DNA from: an uncultured Actinomycetota bacterium
Lineage (GTDB): Bacteria > Actinomycetota > Actinomycetes > Mycobacteriales > Micromonosporaceae
Assembly (NCBI GenBank): GCA_963797675.1
Contig: CAWCQQ010000008.1
Span: 6,425-70,424 of the forward strand
Direction of reading: 5' to 3'
Length of the DNA: 64,000 nt
The translations under genes were made by a program, and so were the position numbers. Below the pieces are notes generated by a model, which made no database searches, was not told the DNA's origin, and saw only the letters and a list, made by a program, of their open reading frames with translations. Each line of letters begins with the position of its first letter. Within the stretch, counting starts at the first letter, position 1. Shown one piece after another: positions 18,423 to 25,693 of this stretch.

Positions 18423-19679
18423 GTGTCGGAGACGGGAGCTGCGTTGCTGTTCGTAGGAGATGACTGGGCTGAGGATCACCACGACGTGGAGTTGATGGAC
18501 GCCTCCGGGCGTCGGCTGGCCAAGGCCCGGCTGAGCGAGGGTGTGGCGGGGATCGCCCGGTTGCACGCGATGATCGGCGAGCAGCTCGGCGACGACGCCG
18601 ACGACGCCGACGACGCTGCCGGGCAGGTGAAGGTCGGGATCGAGACCGATCGGGGTCCGTGGGTGCAGGCGCTGATCGCGGCCGGATACATCGTGTTCGC
18701 GGTCAACCCGTTGCAGGCGGCCCGATACCGGGAACGCCTCGGTGTGTCGGGTGCCAAGAGCGACGCCGGCGACGCGCACATCCTCGCGGACATGGTTCGC
18801 ACCGACTCCCATCAGCTGCGCCCGGTCGCGGGTGACACCGCCGAGGTCGAGGCGGTCAAGGTGGTCACCCGGATGCATAAGACGCTGATCTGGGAACGGA
18901 CCCGGGCCGGGCAGCGGTTGCGGCACGCGTTGCGGGAGTACTTTCCCGCCGCGCTGCAGGCGTTCGAGGATCTCGACGCCGCCGACACCCTGGAACTCCT
19001 CGCCAAGGCCCCGGACCTGGCCGGTGCGGCCAGGCTGACGACCGCGCAGATCAGCGCCGCCCTCAAACGCGCCCGCCGCCGCGACATCCCGGCGAAGACC
19101 GCGACGATTCAGGCGGTACTGCGCGCCGAACACCTCGGCCAACCCGCTGTCGTCACCGCCGCCTACGCCGCGTCGGTCCGCGCACTGGTCGCGATCCTGG
19201 GCACCCTCAACGAGCAGGTCACGATCCTGCAGGGCGAGGTCGAGGCCTATTTTGGTCGGCACCCGGACGCTGAGATCGTGCTGTCCCAGCCCGGGCTGGG
19301 ACCGATCCTCGGCGCCCGGGTGCTTGCCGAGTTCGGCGACGACCACGACCGGTACATCTCGGCGAAGGCCCGCAAAAACTATGCCGCCACCAGCCCGATC
19401 ACCCGCACGTCCGGGAAGAAGAAGGTCGTCGCCGCCCGGTTCGTACACAACGACCGACTTATCGACGCGCTGATGACCCAGGCATTCACATCGCTGCGAT
19501 GGTCCCCAGGCGCGAGGGCTTACTACGACCAACAACGCGCCCGCGGCGCCAGCTACAACGCCGCGCTGCGCCAGCTCGCCAACCGGCTCGTCGGCATCCT
19601 CCACGGATGCCTCAAAACCGGCACACCCTACGACGAGGCAACTGCCTGGTCGCACCACCTCACGAACGCTGCTGCTTGA
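18423..19679 (+). CDS. IS110-family transposase (DEDD N-domain + Transposase_20 C-domain)
   Basis: 418 aa. The N-terminus LFVGDDWAEDHHDVELMD..G is typical of IS110. The C-terminal part has QPGLGPILGARVLAEFGD and ARKNYAATSPITRTSGKK. Confidence 0.9.
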   Translation: MSETGAALLFVGDDWAEDHHDVELMDASGRRLAKARLSEGVAGIARLHAMIGEQLGDDADDADDAAGQVKVGIETDRGPWVQALIAAGYIVFAVNPLQAARYRERLGVSGAKSDAGDAHILADMVRTDSHQLRPVAGDTAEVEAVKVVTRMHKTLIWERTRAGQRLRHALREYFPAALQAFEDLDAADTLELLAKAPDLAGAARLTTAQISAALKRARRRDIPAKTATIQAVLRAEHLGQPAVVTAAYAASVRALVAILGTLNEQVTILQGEVEAYFGRHPDAEIVLSQPGLGPILGARVLAEFGDDHDRYISAKARKNYAATSPITRTSGKKKVVAARFVHNDRLIDALMTQAFTSLRWSPGARAYYDQQRARGASYNAALRQLANRLVGILHGCLKTGTPYDEATAWSHHLTNAAA

Positions 19680-19682
19680 CAT

Positions 19683-20216
19683 TCAAGCTCCTGGGATGTC
19701 TTTCGGGAGCTGTGCGACGGCGGCATCGAGTTGAGCGGCGGCGGCGCGCAGTGTGGCGGCTTCGTGGTCGGTCAGAGCCTGGTTGCGGGGGATGAGCACG
19801 ATCGCGCCGCTGGGCAGCGGCACGGTCTGATAGGCGGGCGTTGCCTCGGTCGTACTCCGGGCTCGGGTCGGCTTCGGCACCTGTCGCCAGAAGCCCTCGT
19901 CCGGTACGTCGGCGAGGCGCTTCAACGTGGCGTCGGGTGCGGCGGCCAACTCGTGCTGGATCTCGGCGAGCGTCCGGCCGTCGGCCTGGAGTCGCTTGAT
20001 CGCAACGAGCTGCCACAGGTGGCGCGGACGGTAGAGCGCGGTTCGGCCGCGCATCTCGGCCGGCCGATCGAGGAGTCCGAGCGTCGTGTAGTAGCGGATA
20101 GCGCGGGTGTCCGGGACGTCGGAGACGCGTCGGTTCTGCTGGCCGGGGTATCCGGACGACAATGCGCCCGCAACCCGATCGGCCAACTCGGCCAGCGTCC
20201 ACAACTCCGTATCCAT
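19683..20216 (-). CDS. MerR-family transcriptional regulator
   Basis: It has an N-terminal HTH with WTLAELADR..VPDTRAIRYYTTLGLLDRP..GRTALYRPRHLWQLVAIKRLQADGRTLAEI. Its stop lies 4 nt from the IS110 transposase stop, so the C-terminus may be altered by the insertion. Confidence 0.8.
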   Translation of the reverse strand: MDTELWTLAELADRVAGALSSGYPGQQNRRVSDVPDTRAIRYYTTLGLLDRPAEMRGRTALYRPRHLWQLVAIKRLQADGRTLAEIQHELAAAPDATLKRLADVPDEGFWRQVPKPTRARSTTEATPAYQTVPLPSGAIVLIPRNQALTDHEAATLRAAAAQLDAAVAQLPKDIPGA

Positions 20217-20222
20217 GCACCT

Positions 20223-20251
20223 AATATGACACTGTCATATGACACTGTCAA
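20223..20251 (-). promoter_or_regulatory. Putative leaderless promoter of the merR-like gene overlapping a tandem palindromic operator
   Basis: The minus strand reads TTGACA (20251-20246), a 17-nt spacer, CATATT (20228-20223), then 6 nt to the ATG. The spacer holds two tandem 13-bp copies of TATGACACTGTCA (20225-20250). Each copy contains the palindrome TGACAnTGTCA. Confidence 0.5.
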
Positions 20252-20319
20252 ATAGAAATTCCGGTTACGTTTGCCGTGCTTCGGGTATCGGAATGCTTCA
20301 TCCGGACATAGGAGTGCAC

Positions 20320-20661
20320 GTGTCGCAACAGTCATGGATCGTGCTCGGCGTTGTGGTCGGAATCGTCGGGATCGTCACCTTCGCGTACGCCATCCGGCTG
20401 GTCTTCAAGCTGGTCACGGTCAAGCGAATGCTGGGTGAGATGGGCGCGAAGGGCACGTGGGTGTTCTGGGGAGCGATCGCGTACCTGATCTTCCCGATTG
20501 ATCTGCTGCCCGACCCGATCTACCTCGACGACATCGCGGTCCTGAGCGGCGCGTTGATCTTCCTGACCAGGCTCGTCAAGAAGCAGGAGACGATGAAGGC
20601 GGGCCTGCCGCACGCTCGGCGGATCGTCGAGCGCGTCGCCGCCCGCAAGCGCGTTCGCTAA
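20320..20661 (+). CDS. DUF1232 (YkvA-like) membrane protein
   Basis: GTG at 20320 lies 6 nt after GGAG. It has two TM spans and the family motif FPIDLLPDPIYLDDIAV. Confidence 0.75.
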   Translation: MSQQSWIVLGVVVGIVGIVTFAYAIRLVFKLVTVKRMLGEMGAKGTWVFWGAIAYLIFPIDLLPDPIYLDDIAVLSGALIFLTRLVKKQETMKAGLPHARRIVERVAARKRVR

Positions 20662-20789
20662 TTCGACGCCTGGCCGCTGCCGGGGCACTCCTCCTGGCTG
20701 CCCTCGGCCCGGTGCGGAGGCGTCGGGGTGCCGGTCTGGGCGTAGACACGAGCCCCGCACACGGGGCACCTGCTCAGCAGTTCGCTCAT
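20658..20789 (-). CDS. Candidate 43-aa Cys-containing small protein (below the ORF-track cutoff)
   Basis: ATG at 20789, TAG at 20658-20660. Translation is MSELLSRCPVCGARVYAQTGTPTPPHRAEGSQEECPGSGQASN. About 39 of 43 codons end in G or C. It lies 25 nt downstream of and co-directional with the DUF4230 gene. The RBS is weak. Confidence 0.3.
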   Translation of the reverse strand: MSELLSRCPVCGARVYAQTGTPTPPHRAEGSQEECPGSGQASN

Positions 20790-20814
20790 CGTCTCTTCAT
20801 ACTCCGTTCGGGCC

Positions 20815-21621
20815 TCAGGCGGACCGAAAGTTCACCGTAATCGTCGTGAAGCCCAAAGCTTTCAGGAAGCCGATCAGCATCGATTTCGTGTTCGCCTCGG
20901 CGGTCGCGACGAGCTGGCTGCTCACGGCGGCGGCCGCGATTTTCTGGTCGGCGAGCTGGTACAGCTCCTGCTGCTTGTTCGCGTCGCTGCTGAACAGGTC
21001 CTGGAGCTTGTTGATGATGCCTTTCTGATCCTCGTAGACGTACGACTTGGCCGGGTCGATGGTCGGCGGTTCGAGTTGCGGCATCGGCAACGTGATGGTC
21101 GCCGTCTTGCCGTCCGCCGATGCGACCACGTCGCCCGCAGCGATGTTGGAGAAGTCCACGTACGCGTCGACCGAACCGGCCGCGATGAACAGTGAACGCT
21201 CGCTGAAGATGATGTCGGGGATGTAGGAGCGATCGTTCTGGACGTCGACGATGACCTGGAAGTTGCCGCTGGCCGCCTCGAATCGGGCCAGGTCGCGGAT
21301 GGACAGCACGAGCACCGGCCCGCTGCGGTCGGTGGTCTTCGCCTTGAACGGGTTCGACAGATGCGGCAGTACCAGCACGATGCCGATCACGACCACGATG
21401 ATCGCGACCAGTGCGGCCACGATCGCCAGTTTGAGAGCCCGGCCGGCCCGGCGCCAGCCGCCCGACGTACGCGGCTCGTCCAGCGGCCGAGTCTCATCAC
21501 CGCTCTGCCCAGCCGGGATCCGGACGGTCGTGTGCGGACCGTTCGAGGCCCATGGATCCGAGGCGCGCTCGTCATCGTCCGGCGAGGTCATGTTAGCTCC
21601 GTCATGATGGGTCGAGGACAT
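20815..21621 (-). CDS. DUF4230-like membrane-anchored protein
   Basis: It has an N-terminal disordered region and one TM span (LAIVAALVAIIVVVIGIVLVL). The body motifs match my recollection of DUF4230 (LARFEAASGNFQVIVD, AAGSVDAYVDFS). Confidence 0.7.
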   Translation of the reverse strand: MSSTHHDGANMTSPDDDERASDPWASNGPHTTVRIPAGQSGDETRPLDEPRTSGGWRRAGRALKLAIVAALVAIIVVVIGIVLVLPHLSNPFKAKTTDRSGPVLVLSIRDLARFEAASGNFQVIVDVQNDRSYIPDIIFSERSLFIAAGSVDAYVDFSNIAAGDVVASADGKTATITLPMPQLEPPTIDPAKSYVYEDQKGIINKLQDLFSSDANKQQELYQLADQKIAAAAVSSQLVATAEANTKSMLIGFLKALGFTTITVNFRSA

Positions 21622-21707
21622 ATATCACGTTCCATACCCCCGATTCCGACGTTTTAACACCGTCACCCGCAGTGGGTCTCCGAGGGGCTGGCGCTACGCT
21701 CGACGGC

Positions 21708-21995
21708 GTGGCCAGGAAAGCAATCGAAGTGTGTTCGTGTGACCGGTGCGGTGTGGAGTCGGCGCACACCTGGGTGATCGTCGGTCCGGACGGCCTCGCT
21801 CGGGAGATCGAGCTCTGCGATGCGCACAGCGGTCCGGTCGCCAACACGTACGCGCTCGCGCGCCCGACCGACCACCGGCTGATCGCCGCCCGGCCCGTCA
21901 AGCGCGCGACGAAGGCCGAGGCTCCGCCTGCGCCGGCCGCTCCACCCACTCCACCCACCCCGGCCAAGGCCGAGCCGGAACCGATCTGGCGCTGA
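21708..21995 (+). CDS. Hypothetical small protein, possibly Lsr2-N-terminal-domain-like
   Basis: The start is GTG at 21708 (VARKAIEVCSCDRCG..). The pattern A.K..V...D......T....G.DG...EIELCD.H resembles the Lsr2 dimerisation domain. The tail is Pro/Ala-rich. Confidence 0.4.
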   Translation: MARKAIEVCSCDRCGVESAHTWVIVGPDGLAREIELCDAHSGPVANTYALARPTDHRLIAARPVKRATKAEAPPAPAAPPTPPTPAKAEPEPIWR

Positions 21996-22033
21996 CCTCA
22001 GAGAGCGCCGACCTGAGCAGGCGCCGACACAGA

Positions 22034-22070
22034 GAAGGCGCTGACCAGATAACTGCTGGTCAACGCCTTC
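22034..22070. terminator. Bidirectional terminator hairpin
   Basis: GAAGGCGCTGACCAG-ataactg-CTGGTCAACGCCTTC (15-bp stem, one mismatch). It lies between the + gene ending at 21995 and the 3' end of the minus-strand tRNA. Confidence 0.6.
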
Positions 22071-22079
22071 TTCACGGGG

Positions 22080-22151
22080 TGGGCAATGCTGGTTTCGAAC
22101 CAGCGACCTCTCCGGTGTGAGCGGAGCGCTCTCCCACTGAGCTAATCGCCC
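22080..22151 (-). tRNA. tRNA-Val (anticodon CAC)
   Basis: The reverse complement folds as a cloverleaf: GGGCGAT-TA-GCTC-AGTGGGA-GAGC-G-CTCCG-CTCACAC-CGGAG-AGGTC-GCTGG-TTCGAAA-CCAGC-ATTGCCC-A. CCA is not encoded. Confidence 0.9.
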
Positions 22152-22243
22152 GTGACTCACGGGTCAGTGTTTCGCCCGCGAACACGGCGACTCTACCCGA
22201 TGCGGGCCGCCCACGGCATCATGGGGTGCGCTAGGGTCGCGAA

Positions 22244-22780
22244 ATGTTCGCCAACGAGCGCATCCGGCTCCGGCCCGTGATGTCGGACGACGCCACCAAG
22301 ATCTACGAGATCACCGCGGATCCGGAGACGCACCTGATCGCGGACGATCGGCCCTTCATCCCGCGCTCCCTGGCTGCGGTGATCGCCGACATCGAGAAGC
22401 GCGACGCCGAACCGGGCGACGGCAGTGAGGTGGGATTCGTCGCGGAGACGGTTGCGGACGCCACGTTTGTCGGCATCGGCGTGGTGTGGGGGATCGACGC
22501 CTTCAACCGGTACGGGCACCTGGGCATCAACCTGGCCCGGTCGGCGCGCGGCCTCGGGTACGGGCGGGACGTGGTCGCACTGCTCAGCCGGTACGCGTTC
22601 CGCAACCGCAATCTTCGCCGCCTGGAGATCGAGACGCTCGCATCCAACACTCCGATGCGCCGGACGGCCGAGGCCTGCGGATTCATCCATGAAGGCACCC
22701 AGCGGTCGCGCGAATACGACGGCGACGGCTACGCCGACATCGCAATATATGGGCTGCTGAGGACGGACTGGGCGGGATAG
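22244..22780 (+). CDS. GNAT-family N-acetyltransferase (RimJ/RimL-like)
   Basis: 178 aa with the acetyl-CoA-binding motif ARGLGYGRDVV and RLEIETLASNTPMRRTAEACGF. Confidence 0.85.
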   Translation: MFANERIRLRPVMSDDATKIYEITADPETHLIADDRPFIPRSLAAVIADIEKRDAEPGDGSEVGFVAETVADATFVGIGVVWGIDAFNRYGHLGINLARSARGLGYGRDVVALLSRYAFRNRNLRRLEIETLASNTPMRRTAEACGFIHEGTQRSREYDGDGYADIAIYGLLRTDWAG

Positions 22781-22790
22781 TCTCCGGCAC

Positions 22791-23345
22791 ATGTTCGCTA
22801 CCGATCGCGTCCGCCTCCGTGCGGCCGTCCCCGACGACGCTGCCGACCTCGTCGGGATCTGGGGAGATCCGGAGACTCACCTGCTCGCCAGCGGCGCGCC
22901 GTTCGTTCCCAAGTCGGTGCCCTCGGTGCGAGCCTCGCTGGAGAAGGACATGTCCGAGACCTCCGAGACGTTCGCGGGCTTCGTCGCGGTGGCGGCCGGC
23001 GACGGAACGCTGCTCGGCCGATGCGCCCTGTGGGGCATCGATGCGTACAACCAGGAGGCGCACATCGGCTTGTCACTTGTGCCGACCGCACGCGGCCACG
23101 GGTACGGGCGGGACGTGGTGCAGCTGCTCTGCCGCTACGGTTTCCGGATGCGCAACCTCCACCGCCTCGAGATCGAGACGTTCGCGCACAACATGTCGAT
23201 GCGCAAGACGGCGGAGGCCTGCGGATTCACGCTGGAGGGCACCCAGCGGCAAAAGGGGTGGACCGGCGAGGGCTACGGCGACCTCGCGCTCTACGGTCTG
23301 CTCAGGACGGAGTGGGCATCGCCAGGACACCCGTCCCGCGCTTGA
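22791..23345 (+). CDS. GNAT-family N-acetyltransferase, tandem paralog of the preceding gene
   Basis: 184 aa, colinear with 22244..22780 (ARGHGYGRDVV, RLEIETFAHNMSMRKTAEACGF, LYGLLRTEW). Confidence 0.85.
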   Translation: MFATDRVRLRAAVPDDAADLVGIWGDPETHLLASGAPFVPKSVPSVRASLEKDMSETSETFAGFVAVAAGDGTLLGRCALWGIDAYNQEAHIGLSLVPTARGHGYGRDVVQLLCRYGFRMRNLHRLEIETFAHNMSMRKTAEACGFTLEGTQRQKGWTGEGYGDLALYGLLRTEWASPGHPSRA

Positions 23346-24473
23346 TCAGCTCACCCGCGATGATCAGGCGCTGGATCTCCGACGTGCCCTCCCAGATCCG
23401 GTCGACGCGCAGTTCACGGTAGAGCCGCTCGACCGCGTACGTCCGGTCGTAGCCTCGGCCGCCGAAGATCTGCAGGCAGCGGTCGATCACCCGGTTCGAC
23501 GCCTCGGACGCGCCGAGCTTCGCGATCGACGCCTTGGCGTGCAGCGTTTTCGTCCATCCACACCGTTGTCCGCCTCCCATGCCACCTGGTGGTAGTAGGC
23601 CCGCTGGACCGCGATGTCCACCGCCGAGTCGGCGAGCATGCCCTGGATCAGCTGGTACGACGAGATCGGCGCACCGAACTGCTCCCGCTGGACGGCCCAG
23701 TCGCGAGCCTCGTTCAGACCCCGCTCGGCGGCACCGATCGTGCGGGCCGCGATCATCAGGCGCTCCTCGGTGAACCAGCCCCGGGTGATGTCGTAGCCCT
23801 GTCCGATCTCGCCGAGCACGTTCGCCGCCGGTACGAACACGTCGGTGAACGTGAACTCCGGGTGCTCGTACACGAAGGTGTGCATGAAACGCGGCGTACG
23901 CTGCACCGCGATCCCGGCGGTGTCCTTGTCGACCAGGAACAGCGTCGGCTGCCGGTCGGGGCCGGCCGCGGCCAGCAGGATCATGAAGTCGGCGTGGTCG
24001 CCGACGGTCACGAACCACTTCTCGCCGTTGATCAGCCAGCCGCCGTCGGTCTCGGTCGCGGTCGTGGCGAGGTTCTGCGGGTCGGAGCCGGCGTTCGGCT
24101 CGGTGACCGCGTAGCAGTCGCGGCGCTCGCCGTTGATCACCGGGATCAGGTACTTCTCGCGCTGCTCGGGCGTGCAGAAGCTCAGCGCGTTGGCCGGGCG
24201 CCAGATCATGTCCCACAGCGCGCCGGTCAGCCGGCCGAGTTCTTCCTGCACGACGACCTGCTCGAAGATGGTCAGCCCGGCGCCGCCCCACTCGGTCGGC
24301 ATGTTCACCGCCTGCAGACCCGAGGCGAGCACGGCCTTGCGGACGGCGGCGTGTGCCTCCGGCGGCAGCCCGTTGTTCTCCTCGTTCTCGATCTCGTACT
24401 GCTTCACGAACTCGTACAGCTCGGCGGCGGTCGCCTTCAGCGCTGCCTGGCGGGCGCTATACCGGAAGTCCAT
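23302..24473 (-). pseudogene. Acyl-CoA dehydrogenase with one frameshift
   Basis: The N-terminal and middle domains lie in ORF 23487..24473 (AVTEPNAGSDP, GWLINGEKWF). The C-terminus lies in ORF 23302.. (TLHAKASIAKLGASEA..IFGGRGY..YRELRVDRIWEGTSEIQR). The shift is at the T4 run 23547-23550. One extra base there restores GRKTLHAK. Confidence 0.85.
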
Positions 24474-25664
24474 GTCATGCCTCCGACAGTGAAGTTGAGC
24501 GCGCCCGTGCCGCGCTTGATGATCTCGTTCGCGATGATGAGTCGCTGGATCTCGGACGTGCCTTCCCAGATGCGGTCGACGCGCAGCTCGCGGTACATCC
24601 GCTCGACCGGGTACGAGCGGTCGTAGCCGCGACCGCCGAAGATCTGCACGCAGCGGTCGATGACCCGACCGGCCGCCTCGGAGGCGGAGAGCTTCGCCAT
24701 CGACGCCTTGGCGTGCAGCGTCTTCTTGCGTCGACGGCTGCCGTTGATCTCGCCTCCCACGCGACCTGATGCGTGAAGGCCCGGTTCACCGCGATGTCCA
24801 CCGCGCAGTCCGCGAGCATGCCCTGGATCAGCTGGAACGACGCGATCGGCGCACCGAACTGCTCGCGCTGGACCGCCCAGTCGCGGGCCAGCTTCAGCGC
24901 GCGCTCGGCGGCGCCGACGGTCCGCGCCGCGATCATCAGGCGCTCGTCGGTGAACCACTCCTTGGTCAGGTCGAAGCCCTGGCCCGAGCTCGCCGAGGAT
25001 GTCCTCGTCGGCCACGAACACGTCGGTGAACACGAACTCCGGGTGCCCGTTCACGGCCGAGTGCATGAAGTGCGGCGTGCGCTGGATCGTCACGCCGGGC
25101 GTCGACTTCTCGACCAGGAACAGCGTCGACAGCTTCGCGCCGTCGACCAGCGCGTCGGCCTGGACGACCAGGAAGTCGGCGACGTCGCCGCAGGTCACGA
25201 ACCACTTCTCGCCGTTGATGAGCCAGCCGCCGTCGGTGCGGGTCGCGGTCGTCGTACCCATGCTCGGGTCTGATCCGGCGTTCGGCTCGGTGACCGCGAA
25301 CGCGTCGAACCGCTCGCCGCGGATGATCGGCAGCAGGTACTTCTCCCGCTGCGCCTCGGTGCCGTAGGCCAGCACGTTCGCCGGCCGCCACGGGATGTCC
25401 CAGAGGCAGTTCGTCGCCTTGCCGAACTCCTCCTCGACGATCACCTGGTCGAGCAGCGACAGGCCGGCGCCGCCCCACTCCGTCGGCATGTTGATCGCAT
25501 AGACGCCGTGGTCCATCGCCTGCCTGCGTCAGCTCCCGCACGATCGCGTCCGGCAGCGGCCCGCCGGCCTGCTCGGACGCGTCTTCATGCGCGATCATCA
25601 ACTCGGTGTAGGCGGCGGCCCGCCGCTTGAGATCCACTTGCTCGGGCGTGTACCGGAAGTCCAT
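24437..25664 (-). pseudogene. Acyl-CoA dehydrogenase (tandem paralog) with at least 3 frameshifts
   Basis: Colinear pieces lie in three frames: MDFRYTPEQ.. (25664-~25525), MDHGVYAINMPTEWGG..GWLINGEKWF.. (to ~24975), MIAARTVGAAERAL..HQVAWEA (to ~24760), then KKTLHAKASMAKL..EGTSEIQR. Confidence 0.85.
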
Positions 25665-25693
25665 CTCGAGTCCTCACATGTCCAGTAGTGCAG

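Larger units (their letters stand above)
18191..19700 (+). mobile_element. IS110-family insertion sequence (ends approximate)
   Basis: A single IS110-type transposase gene is flanked by an AT-richer ~230-bp non-coding left end. The element fills the gap between the MerR stop (19683) and the vWA start (18190). No terminal inverted repeats were seen, as is usual for IS110. Confidence 0.7.

Noticed and set aside
18198-19682. 494-aa minus-strand ORF spanning the IS
   Set aside because: It is antisense to the IS110 transposase, which has clear family motifs. Its composition is that of a shadow ORF.
20332-20769. 145-aa minus-strand ORF
   Set aside because: It almost fully overlaps the DUF1232 gene on the other strand. 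Only its last part coincides with the separate 43-codon ORF, which is in a different frame.
13730-22151. Genomic island integrated at tRNA-Val
   Set aside because: The caspase module, the IS110 element and the Lsr2-like gene lie on the 3' side of the tRNA. However, there is no integrase or other mobility gene apart from the IS. By eye I found no direct repeat of the tRNA 3' end, and no clear GC shift outside the IS. A whole-genome comparison would be needed.
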